A DNA stretch of 64,000 nucleotides from Oculina patagonica (lineage: Eukaryota): assembly GCF_052425735.1 (NCBI RefSeq), contig NC_135760.1, positions 26,598,001 through 26,662,000 on the forward strand. Direction: 5' to 3'. Under the pieces are notes generated by a model. It was not told the DNA's origin. It was given only the letters and a program-made list of their open reading frames with translations, and ran no database searches. Shown one piece after another: positions 1 through 12,499 of the stretch (positions within the stretch are counted from its first letter, which is position 1; each line of letters starts with the position of its first letter). A program made the position numbers and the translations under genes.

Positions 1-3000
1 TGACAGGTTGACCCTGGGTAGAGGGTGACTCGCTTTAAAGGTAGGGTGACCCTAGGGGACGAACAACTTTTTCCCATGTGAACACTCTGGCTATTTTTGC
101 CTTCGCCGTGTCTATTTGCCCCGGTTGGCAGGGCCAACGTTTCTTTTATAAACGCTCAGTAAAAGGTGGCTCGAAGGAGAGGGTAACTCTCTTATTTGGG
201 ACAACATTTCTTCAAAGACAAAAGCCCCAAACGTGACCAGGTTCTATTCACTTTAGTTCTACTCTATTGTATTTATTATCACACAAGCACCGTGCGGCTT
301 CACCTTAGCTACACTCTCCCAAGCGAACTGGAATGGCGTGTGTAGGTTCGGAAAGGTTGACGTTTAGCCCTGCACATTTAAGCTATTTATCGTGGTTGAT
401 CGGGTAAAACAGGGGTCGGCCGTTTCCGTGACGACGAATGATGGATTTCCATAGCTAAGCAGTATGATCAACAACCTTATGAGATTTATAAGACAAGTTA
501 AGCTTGAAATATGTCTTTCTATTGATTAATTCGCTACCAATTACTTAATTATCATCAGGACTATTACACTCAAGGACGTACTCAGCCACAACCTGACGCT
601 AATCAGGATTACAACCTGACGTCTGCATCAGAATCAGGTGGATACACAGAGCTGATGTTTGAGAGACCACTCGATACTGGAGATAGTAAAGATTACAAGT
701 TTGTGGTAAGTATGTTACTTATACCTTTGAAAAAGGCAACATGGAGAGTTTGAATGCCCAGTTTTAATTTCTTTAAGAGAGCAAATTGAGCAAGGACTAG
801 CTGCGATTGAGGTATAGTAAATAGTGCCTCGTAGATACATTGTGTGTACCAGGGTGTTTTTATATTGCATTGGTAGAATAAGCTTGCGCAGCTCAGTGGC
901 TCTGTATGAGCGTACATTTTTAGTCTTTCTCTGCAAAAAAATTAAAACAACCTAACGTTACCAAATTGTGTTGTTATTTGTGGCTTACGGTGGTATGGTA
1001 CTACAGTGAGTATGGGGCACGAACATAGCCGCGAAAGAATAATTCAGGTCATTTAAACTAAAATGGCTGCCATTTTTTAACTTATTTTCCCAGCGCTTAA
1101 ATGAATTTTTGCCATAAAATTACTTCTGTCAACTTTACTAGCAATGTCTTCAGTTTTCCAAAGAAGAGGTTTGCATTATTCGCTTCACCCAGAGCTATAT
1201 GCATAATCACAGTCATGTCTAAGTAAAACTAGTGTCGATGGTGTCGTTTGCAGGTCAACATATCATTTGTATTTTTGCACTCCATGAGTGCTGTTTAAAG
1301 CTGTCAAAATTGAACTTTTCATTTCTATTACAGGCCGGCAATCAGTTCCATGTAATTTGGGCGTATGGCGGTAATGACATCACTAGCAGCACCAACTTCG
1401 TTCAACATTCTCAAATCACCAGGGGGTGGAGTGACAAAATGACAGTTCCTAACATCCTTCAAGTAACACTCACACCTTCCATTAATCCTACTCCTTCTTC
1501 TTCTCCTCCGATGGCCATGACCACGGCGAACATACCAAACCCTACAACAGGTGAGATCCAGATTTATAAATTATGAAAACTAGCAACAAAAATCTCCAAC
1601 ATATTCAACGCCTTATACCAAGAAATCTCGCAGTATATCGCCTGATACTTAGCCAATGAGGTCACAGACCACTGACTTCAATCAGTCAAAATTTCGCAAG
1701 ATTAAGCAGAAGTGATTGTTTTATTTTTCAACAAAATGTCAAAAATCGTACTTTTATAGTTGTATAAAGTCTGCTTGCTGTATGCAGCGCTGTGCAAGAT
1801 ATTAGCCGAGACTTCCTGAGCTCACTTTTAAATACGGTTACCTGATCTATATGGCAGAATATCTGTGGTGTATGGATCGCAGATAGCAAAAACTTCTTGA
1901 CCATACATAGGCATCTGAAGAGACGCGGGCAGTTCTCCGAGAGCGAAGCTTAAGGACTTCTTCGACCCAGGATGGTCGTATTAATTGCTTCTATTGTAGA
2001 AAAAGGAAAAACCCAAACAACGTTCCTACAGCCAATTTTATATTGCTTTCAAAGTATGAAGATGACAATTAGTTTACATTTACACGTTTTTCCCCACAGG
2101 ATTTAATGTAACTCTTTCTTTTGACAACAATCAATTTATGGTGATGTGGTATTTTGACACTAAATATGATAAGATCGTTATTCACCTGAGAGTTAATACA
2201 ACTGGCTGGGTCGGATTTGGTTTCGCGGAAAATGCACCGAACAACATGCAGAACTACGACGTCATTGTTGGAGGGTTCGACAATGGTCAAGGATATTTGA
2301 ATGTGAGTTGTTTTTCTTATAACAATCCTTTGCCTATTAGACAATTCTAATGGCGGATTACCACGGTAGCATTTCAATTCTAGTTAAGAACAAAATAGCA
2401 GGTAAAGTCTACATGGAAAAAAGTTGACCCTGGTAGAAAGTTTACCCTTCATACCGAGCTGCGCCGGGCGAGAGGGCTTTTACATACTTATCTTTATAAC
2501 TGGCTGCAAACCGAAGAAAATCGCAAAGTTGGCTTGGGGCACAGTGACAGGTTGACCCTGGGTAGAGGGTGACTCGCTTTAAAGGTAGGGTGATCCTAGG
2601 GGACGAACAACTTTTTCCCATGTGAACACTCTGGCTATTTTTGCCTTCGCCGGAGTTGTCTATTTGCCCCGGTTGACAGGGCCAACGTTTCTTTTATAAA
2701 CGCTCAGTAAAAGGTGGCTCGAAGGAGAGGGTAACTCTCTTATTTGGGACAACATTTCTTCAAAGACAAAAGCCCCAAACGTGACCAGGTTCTATTCACT
2801 TTAGTTCTACTCTATTGTATTTATTATCACACAAGCACCGTGCGGCTTCACCTTAGCTACACTCTCCCAAGCGAACTGGAATGGCGTGTGTAGGTTCGGA
2901 AAGGTTGACGTTTAGCCCTGCACATTTAAGCTATTTATCGTGGGTTGATCGGGTAAAACAGGGGTCGGCCGTTTCCGTGACGACGAATGATGGATTTCCA

Positions 3001-4900
3001 TAGCTAAGCAGTATGATCAACAACCTTATGAGATTTATAAGACAAGTTAAGCTTGAAATATGTCTTTCTATTGATTAATTCGCTACCAATTACTTAATTA
3101 TCATCAGGACTATTACACTCAAGGACGTACTCAGCCACAACCTGACGCTAATCAGGATTACAACCTGACGTCTGCATCAGAATCAGGTGGATACACAGAG
3201 CTGATGTTTGAGAGACCACTCGATACTGGAGATAGTAAAGATTACAAGTTTGTGGTAAGTATGTTACTTATACCTTTGAAAAAGGCAACATGGAGAGTTT
3301 GAATGCCCAGTTTTAATTTCTTTAAGAGAGCAAATTGAGCAAGGACTAGCTGCGATTGAGGTATAGTAAATAGTGCCTCGTAGATACATTGTGTGTACCA
3401 GGGTGTTTTTATATTGCATTGGTAGAATAAGCTTGCGCAGCTCAGTGGCTCTGTATGAGCGTACATTTTTAGTCTTTCTCTGCAAAAAAATTAAAACAAC
3501 CTAACGTTAACAAATTGTGTTGTTATTTGTGGCTTACGGTGGTATGGTACTACAGTGAGTATGGGGCACGAGCATAGCCGCGAAAGAAGAATTCAGGTCA
3601 TTTAAACTAAAATGGCTGACATTTTTTAACTTATTTTCCCAGCGCTTAAATGAATTTTTGCTATAAAATTACTTCTGTCAACCTTTACTAGCAATGTCTT
3701 CAGTTTTCTCAAAGAAGAGGTTTGCATTATTCATAGCAAACATTAAAAACTTCACCCAGAGCTATATGCATAATCACAGTGATGTCTAAGTAAAACTAGT
3801 GTCGATGGTGTCATTTGCAGGTGAACATATCATTTGTATTTTTGCACTCCATGAGTGCTATCTAAAGCTGTCAAAATTGAACTTTTCATTTCTATTACAG
3901 GCCGGCAATCAGTTCCATGTAATTTGGGCGTATGGCGGTAATGACATCAGTAGCAGCACCAACTTCGATCAACATTCTCAAATCACCAGGGGGTGGAGTG
4001 ACAAAATGACAGTTCCTAACATCCTTCAAGTAACACTCACACCTTCCATTAATCCTACTCCTTCTTCTTCTCCTCCGATGGCCATGACCACGGCGAACAT
4101 ACCAAACCCTACAACAGGTGAGATCCAGATTTATAAATTATGAAAACTAGCAACAAAAATCTCCAACATATTCAACGCCTTATACCAAGAAATCTCGCAG
4201 TATATCGCCTGATACTTAGCCAATGAGGTCACAGACCACTGAATTCAATCAGTCAAAATTTCGCAAGATTAAGCAGAAGTGATTGTTTTATTTTTCAACA
4301 AAATGTCAAAAATCGTACTTTTATAGTTGTATAAAGTCTGCTTGCTGTATGCAGCGCTGTGCAAGATATTAGCCGAGACTTCCTGAGCTCACTTTTAAAT
4401 ACGGTTACCTATATATGGCAGAATATCTGTGGTGTATGGATCGCAGATAGCAAGAACTTCTTGACCATACATAGGCATCTGAAGAGACGCGGGCAGTTCT
4501 CCGAGAGCGAAGCTTTTAGGACTTCTTCGACCCAGGATGGTCGTATTAATTGCTTCTATTGTAGAAAAAGGAAAAACCCAAACAACGTTCCTACAGCCAA
4601 TTTTATATTGCTTTCAAAGTATGATGATGACAATTAGTTTACATTTACACGTTTTTTCCCACAGGATTTAATGTAACTCTTTCTTTTGACAACAATCAAT
4701 TTATGGTGATGTGGTATTTTGACACTAAATATGATAAGATCGTTATTCGCCTGAGAGTTAAAACAACTGGCTGGGTCGGATTTGGTTTCGCGGAAAATGC
4801 ACCGAACAACATGCAGAACTATGACGTCATTGTTGGAGGGTTCGACAATGGTCAAGGATATTTGAATGTGAGTTGTTTTTCTTATAAGAATCTTTGCCTA
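1..4900 (+). repeat. Near-identical tandem duplication (period about 2.55 kb) of the B-C-A DOMON exon cassette including introns
   Basis: 1-~2330 matches 2545-~4895 almost base for base (offset grows from 2544 to 2567). A third, more diverged unit follows to about 6816. Confidence 0.95.
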
Positions 4901-7900
4901 TAAAATAATTCTGAGGATTGGCATGGTGGTATTTCAATATTGAGAATTAAATAACATGTAAAGGGCCTGTTTACATGGAGAAAAGTTGTCCCTAGAGAAG
5001 GGTTACTCTCCATACCGAGCTACCCAGGGCGAGAGAACTTTTTATACGTTTCTTTATGAATAGCTGCAAACCGTTCATATGAGAAATCGCAAAGTTGGTT
5101 TGGGGCACCTCAGGTTGACCCTGGGTAGGGGGTGACTCGTATTGAAGGTAGGGCGACCCCAGGGGCCGAGCAACGTTTTTTTTCCATGTGAACAATCTGG
5201 CAATTTTGACCTCCTCTACCAAGGACAAGTCTGGACATATGAGCATTTGGGAAACTGAGAGTGGCAGTTTTTGGCTTGGTTGGCAGGGGCAACTTTTCTT
5301 ATATAAACGCTCTGTAAAAGATGGCTCGGAGGACAGGGTTAGAGATCTTAAAGTGACCGGGTTTCTCTTATTTTATCTCTACTTTTGTTCCACTCTACTG
5401 TATTACTCGTACTTTAGTTATCACACTAGCACCGTGCGGCTTCAGCTACACTCACCCGGGCGAACTGGAATGACGTGTACACGTAGGGCCGAAATGGTTA
5501 ACGTTTAGCCCTGCACATTTAAGTTATTTATCGGCTAGCAGCTCTAGATCAAGCAAGGTTTTGTATGAATGGCACGCCACTCTTCGATAGAACAACTGAT
5601 ACAACAAACAAATGAAACAATGCCTAAAAAACTATAGCAACTTCATGATACAGAAGAGTACCAGTAGAATTACAAGTTGCTTCAAGCTGCTACATTACTG
5701 ATATATTTATTGCTCGCGCTAATAAATTTTTATCGCGATTTCGCCAAGGAATTATTTTTACAGCTTTCGAAAAGAACTGATAAGTATGATCAACAACTTC
5801 ATGAGATTCAATGAAACGAGTCAAACTTGAAAATGACTTTTTATTAATTCACTACCTTTTCTAATTATCATCAGGACTATTACACTCAAGGACGTACTCA
5901 ACCACAACCTGACGCTAATCAGGATTACAAACTGCTGTCTGCATCGGAATCAGGTGGATACACAGAGCTGATGTTTGAGAGACCACGTGATACCGAAGAT
6001 AGTAAAGATTACAAGTTTGTGGTAAGCATGGAACTTAACCTCTGTTTTAATCATGTAAAAGACAAAATGGAGAGTTTGAAATTAAAGCCCAGCTTTAATT
6101 TCTTTGTAAGAACAAATTGCGCGAGGACTAGCTGCGAATGAGGTGCAGTAAATAGTGCCCCGACTAGATACAATGTGTGTACCAGGGTTTTTTTATTTTA
6201 ACGGTAGAATAAGCTTGCGCAGCTCAGTGGCTCTGTATGAGCGTACATTTTTAGCCTTTCTCTGCAAAAATTAAAACAACCTAACATTACCAAATTGTGT
6301 GGTTATTTGTGGTTTACGGGGGTATGGTACTACAGTGCGTTTGCGGCACGAACATAGCCGCGAGCGAAGAATTCGAGTCAATTAAACTAAAATGGCTGAC
6401 ATTTTTATCTTATTTTCCCAGCGCTTAAATGGTTTTTATGCCATAAAATTACTTTCAACCCTTAACTAGCATTTTTTTTCTCAAAGTAGAGGTTTCCATT
6501 TTTCAATAGCAAACATTAAAATACTTCCTTATCCAGAGCTTCAGGCATAATCACAGTCATGTCTCAGTAAAACAAGTGTCAATGGTGTCGTTTGCAGGTC
6601 AACATATCATTTGTATTTTTGCACTCCATGAGTGCTGAATAAAGCTGTCAAAATTGAACTTTTCATTTCTATTACAGGCTGGCAATCAGTTCCATGTAAT
6701 TTGGGCGTATGGCGGTAATGACATCACTAGCAGCACAAACTTCGTTCGACATTCTCAAAACACCAGGGGGTGGAGTGACAAAATGACAGTTCCTAACATT
6801 CCTACTCCGACACCAGGTGAGTTTCATGCCACATGAAGGAATACGAAACCCACATAATCCTAAATTTTATTTTGCAAAATATTGAACAAAAAAAGTGCCA
6901 AGTGAAAGGTACTTTTCAATAGCTTTCGTTTGAATGGCCACTCCGTTAGGGTTTTATTCACAAATTAAAATCTAGAGCAAGATTAATGGAAACAAAGTGT
7001 TACACAAAGGCGTACCACAAAAGCGATTTGGCTCTTCCTATCTTTGTCTAACTGATGGTATTTCTCTCAGGGGCAAGGGCTTTGCAAAGTTCTCGTATTA
7101 CTAAAAAATCCACTGAAAACATTAAAAGTTTTTTTGCTAGTTTATGACATTAAAAGATTAAAAAAAGGTTAAAAGCTGTCATTATTCTATTGGGCTTACA
7201 ATAATAAGAAAAGAAAAGCTTGACTTAAAAATTGACTTAACTTTCAGGCATTGCCTCATTCACTGTGGAGCTCTAGCCTTACTTCGGAAGCCCCCTTTTA
7301 TATTGTGCGTTCGTGCAGGCGTGTTTAAATTAGGACTTAACCATTGAACATTTGGCAAATTGTTACTGTCATAATTTTAGCTAGCTTTCGGTCGGCTGGG
7401 AGGGAGGATGGGGAGAGGCAGGGGGCAAAGATGGAAGAGAGAAAGGGATTGATGCATTCGTGTACATGCATGAAAACGTGGAATTGGACATTGATAGATG
7501 ATTGAAGCAATTATTAAGACAGAAGGGAAGGAAAGAATGATTCAAATGAATACTAAACGTAATTTATTTGTGCATCCGTTTCCACAGTTACAACACAGTT
7601 ACCTCATTCTTTTAATAACAATCAATTTCAATTCCTGTGGAAATTTGACGATCAAAAGGACAAGATAACTTATCACCTGAGAGTTAAAACAACTGGCTGG
7701 GTTGGATTTGGTTTCGCGACAACTGCACCGAACAACATGCAGAACTACGACGTCATTGTTGGTGGATTTAAAGATGGACAGGGATATTTGAATGTAAGTG
7801 GTTTTTTTTTTTCAATAAGCATTGTTGCCTTTACAAACTAAGGAATTGGGTTTTACTGCACGGATCTTGTCGCGCTCGGCCGTTGCTAAAGGACCTGGAG

Positions 7901-9502
7901 AGAAATATTTGTTTGAGATATTTTTGCCCCACCGGTTAGTACAATAAGTTCATACTAGCTTGTTTGTCGAAAATTAGGAAAACAAATTGTTGCCAAAATT
8001 TTCCCATATCCCAGACATTCCCAGTTGCACTGCTTTTTGTTTGTAATTTCCAGTCCCAGTCACCCAAATTACATGCAAAAATTGTCCATCCCAATTCCCA
8101 TTTTAACCCTTAATTCAGGCCCCTCACGTAAGGTTCAAATTTCTTTCTAGATTTTTATCCATTTACTACAAATCACTTTTATTTCATCAGGACTATTACA
8201 CTCAAGGACGTAATCAGCCACAACCTGACGCTAATCAGGATTACAAACTGACGTCTGCATCGGAATCAGGTGGATACACAGAGCTGAAGTTTGAGAGACC
8301 ACGTGATACCAAAGATAGCAACGACATACAGTTTGAGGTATGTGTAATCTAGTGAAACGTACGGAAAGTCACGACTTGCTTTTAACGAAAAAACGAAAAC
8401 AATAAGGCGATTGCCTAAATCTTCTTCACTAAATTGGGAACACTATAAACATATACGAAAATAAAACATAATATTGTGAAACTTGCTAAGAATTCTTATT
8501 GGTGGAAGAGGTCAAGTAATTTTCCACGTTAAGAAAGGAATTAGCAGGTCTCAAGTATCTTTAAATTGGTATTTCTAAAAGCTATTACTGGATAAGTAAA
8601 GAAAACATCTTACTGCTAACAATAAATTCTATCTGTTTTGGGAATGTGTGGAAGCCAATGAATTCTCAGTCTTAGGTCATAGGTCTATTTACTCCCAAAA
8701 AAGGCTGAATAGTTTATACCGACCACTCGTTTCAAGTTCTTATCTTTCATCTAAACCTTTCCATAATACAATCGAAGAAGGACTTGTATATCATTCAAGA
8801 GGGAGTAAAGAGTCTAAATACCGTAAAATTCCGGTTATTAGCCCCCCGCTTATAAGCTCCCCCCCCCCCCCTGGTTATAGGCCCATCAATCTGGAAACAA
8901 AAAAATACATCCGGTTATAAGCCCCCCTCTACCGGATGACAGTACTGAACAGGGCTAAATGTTGCTTTTTTGTACGTTTTTAACTTAATAACGTATTTCG
9001 ATCAACACTCCCGAGGCTCGTTTCGAAACGTTTTTCTCCTTCCGTTTATAAGCCCTCCCGAATATAAGCCCCTCCGCTTATAAGCCCACCAAAAACCCCT
9101 TACGAAGGTGTATAAGCCCAGGGCTTATAACCGGAATTCTACGGTATACTCCTAGCTAGTCGCTACATGCTGCTGAGACCAGATACTAAAGTGCCAGCCT
9201 GATAAGCTCTTGCTTTACCTATTTTGTTTAATGTTTTAAAATACAAATAAGTTTCTCATTTTTGATCATAGGCTGGCGAACAAGTGCACATAATTTGGGC
9301 TTATGGCGACAATGATATCAGAACCGACGCGGACTTTGCTAAACATTCTAACAAGGGGTCGAGTGATAAGTCATTTGTCATGGTTCCTGAAGCGCCTATC
9401 CCCACACAGGCAGCAGCAACGTCACTGCATTTAAGCATTTATGGAACTGTTATCATCACGATAGTTTTCCTAGTTGTATCGTGTTACAATCATTTCCCGT
9501 AA
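559..9502 (+). CDS. Multi-DOMON-domain surface protein (>=4 tandem DOMON domains, Pro/Thr-rich linkers, C-terminal GPI-signal/TM tail); 5' end lies outside the window
   Basis: Frame-consistent GT-AG exons: 559-705, 1334-1550, 2100-2302, 3108-3254, 3901-4117, 4665-4867, 5875-6021, 6678-6816, 7588-7793, 8191-8337, 9272-9502 (TAA); 667 aa in window. DOMON motifs GWVGFGF..PNNMQNYDVIVGG, DY..., ELMFERPLDTGD, VIWAYG...HS..RG. Tail AAATSLHLSIYGTVIITIVFLVV; AATAAA near 9590. Confidence 0.88.
8821..9144. mobile_element. Non-autonomous Tc1/mariner-pogo-type MITE
   Basis: TIR ccgtaaaattccggttat / ataaccggaattctacgg, flanked by TA on both sides; absent from the paralogous intron near 37550. Confidence 0.8.
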
Positions 9503-10044
9503 CGCCGGTTAAGGCAAACTGCCTAGCAGTTAATTAGCACCCTTTATCATGCACCCTCGCCTCCAGCCATAGAAAACGTCTTCTAAACAATAAATAAACA
9601 AGGGCTTTCACGACATTTTGCCAATTTAATAATCATCATCTATCATTGAAGAGTGCTGTCTGTGGATAAACTTTTAAATGAGCAGTACTTTTTCATGATA
9701 ATCCAGTGATTAGCTCACAATTATCGCCTGAGCTCAGTTTATTATGGCTGTTTATTTTCAAATTTGTTTCCTCTCTTGTTTTTGCAATCCTTGATAGATC
9801 AAGAAAAGGTACTGCTGGACTAAAGTCCATTCTGAATGGTAGCCTACGTGTAACAGTACTCGCCTTTGGCGCCTCCTAAGAGCCAAATTCATTAAGCTGT
9901 GGACTCAGACCCAGGTGATCACTAGTGCAAGGGTTCGTCTATGGACGGATAGATTCTTTTTTGTCAGAGATCTGGGAATGAGTCACTGCTGTTGACAGAG
10001 TATGATTGGTTGATTCGTTGGTTACATGGCTTTCAGCTGGCAAG

Positions 10045-10622
10045 ACCTAGCGACTTATTTTCGCAGGCACTTAATTTCACGAAAATGGAACGGCCATTTT
10101 TCGCGGGACTTAAAATTCGCGATTTGGCCCAAAAAATGAGATTACGGGAACTTAATTTCGCGAAAAGTGTCAAAATACTGGTCTGCATTAACAAAAACAT
10201 GAAAAAGGGTTGAGGGCCACTGGTTTGTTAGTGTTTTTATGCTATTTTAGTGCTACTCTCGTTAAATAAAGACTTTACTTATTTACTTATTAAACAGTAA
10301 GTCTCAAAATTGGTCCAACTGATTTAAATTTTCCACTGCAACAGTTTCCAATGGCATTGAACAAAACCATATAACAAAACAAAACTTTAAAAACAGTTTA
10401 ACATGTTCCTTTGCAACAAAGTAGAGCTAGTTTGACGCCTGTACCAAGGTAATTAAATCGTAAACTGACGGCAACGTTGAATATTCATAACGAATAACAT
10501 AGAAGGGTATTAAATTTCGCGTCGTTATTTTTCGCGAGAACCTTTTTTCGCGGGTCTTAAATTTCGCGATTTTTTGAAAATCGCGAAAATTAAGTCCCGC
10601 GAAAATAGATAACAATAAGGTA
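10045..10622. mobile_element. Degenerate MITE with imperfect TIRs and internal AATTTCGCG repeats
   Basis: ttattttcgcaggcacttaattt at left vs aaattaagtcccgcgaaaata at right; exact ends uncertain. Confidence 0.55.
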
Positions 10623-12499
10623 GTAATTCAGGCGCCAGACAAATGCTGTAACTCATCTTCTGAGTTTTTGCAGACCAGCGGGGATCGTAACGAATCCTAT
10701 AAAGAAGAACTTTATTTATTCACGGTTCAAACATCAGTCCTGAAAAGAGGGTGGGGGGAGGGATACAAATCCCATTTTCCAGCCTATTGTTTTACCGAAG
10801 TTTTAAATACCAGGCCCTGTTCTATTGTTGTTGTTTTTTGTTTGTGATTCCCAGCCCCAGTGACCCAAATCTCATTTTCCCAGTGTTCCTTTGCCCAAAT
10901 CCCAGTTCTCATTTTACCCCCTCAGGCCCTTCTAACAAGCCCCGTGTATACGTTTCCAATAATGACGGCCACTCGATCACTCAATCATTGAATCAATAAT
11001 CAAGAATCACAAACGGAATCCAAGATAACCAGTAGGATTTGTGTTCCTTAGATTTGCACTTTGCCCACTCAAAGCACTGATCAAGAAACCAAAAATCTTT
11101 CTGGTGTTTTTCTCCCAGTGCTGGTCTACTTCTTTAATACTAAGCCCCCTGAAAGTAAAATATATCTATATTATAACGAAAACATCTGATGTGCTTACTT
11201 GCATTGCATGTAATTTCCGTAGCAGTAGTTCAGTAAAAGGTACAAATACAACAGAACACATAACCACACGCTGGTACGGAACGTACTCTGTGGTACCTAA
11301 AAAACAAACGATCAGCATTAATTAGTTTATTGTCACGATAATTGCTGCCGCAGCGAGTGAGCCTGAAGCGAACGAACAAGGCAGCTCTCTAATCGGCAAA
11401 GGATTACTTTTAATATGGGGCCTGCAATCAGTTTTCTTATGAAACGCAATGAATTGTGATCGGTGGTTAGATCAAAGGCGCAAGGAATTGTGGTTATGCG
11501 CAAATGGAAGATTCAGGATGCGCAGTGGAGTTTAATGTGTTCTTCGCGCTAATGCGGCCTCGTTGATTTGCGTTTTGATAATATGTAACCAGGCGCGAGG
11601 CAGGATTTCAAACAAGTGATATCTTTAAGGTAACTGAAACAGTAAAGTACTCTGCTTTAAGGCAAGGCAAAATTTGTGAAAAAGTTCACTCGAATCGACC
11701 TAGGTGACCTTTTTAGAGTAAAAATCCGTTAAAAATGAACAATTATACCATTTTTGCGTTCGACGAAGGAGAACGCATACTAATCGTGTCGTTTGCCCGA
11801 CGTCAGTCCCGCGGGTTCTATGGTTCAGTCCCGCGGGTATCGATCGCCTGATGCCATAACCGTTTGAGACTTTTTGGACTGCTATAAGTGACCTCGACCT
11901 CATGCAGAGGGCCCCAATCTCATACATATTAAAAAAATGGCATCGAGTTTGCATTTTTTGTGTAAAAAAAATTAATGCGTGGAACGTGTACCCGAAGTTA
12001 AAATAATACCGAAAATGTCATGGGAAGCATATCATCCAGGGAAGTAGAGTTTAAGTCAGCCATCGAACTCAAAAAAGGTGGAAATCGAGTGAGTCATTTC
12101 GTGTGTCGCTTTGAAGTTTAGTACGTCCGCGCGAAAATCTTCCCACATTGACTTTTTTTGTAAAACTTTTACCGCTGTGAGATTATGAGTTACCCATGTC
12201 AGAAATGTAATAAAATTGGAGGTTACCGGCCATTTAAAAGCTGCAAGCGAAGTTAACGCAACGGCGACCATCAGCGCGCGCTTAATTATTGCGACATGAA
12301 TTACGTGCGCAGTAAGGATGCGCATAATGTTGAACAACGTACTTGTCCATGTTCTTCGATGTGCTTGTGTTCGCGTCTTTGGAGATCAGTCGTGTAAAGT
12401 GGGCGAATTAAAGGCACACAAAATTGTCTCGAACGCACTCCGCTAATCCATGATTATTACTAGTTTAGATATATACTCCGTTGGGTGCCCCTGAATATC

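Noticed and set aside
693-936. Duplicated 73-74 aa minus-strand ORFs (also 3242-3485)
   Set aside because: Intronic antisense ORFs that are identical only because of the recent tandem duplication; no recognisable motif.
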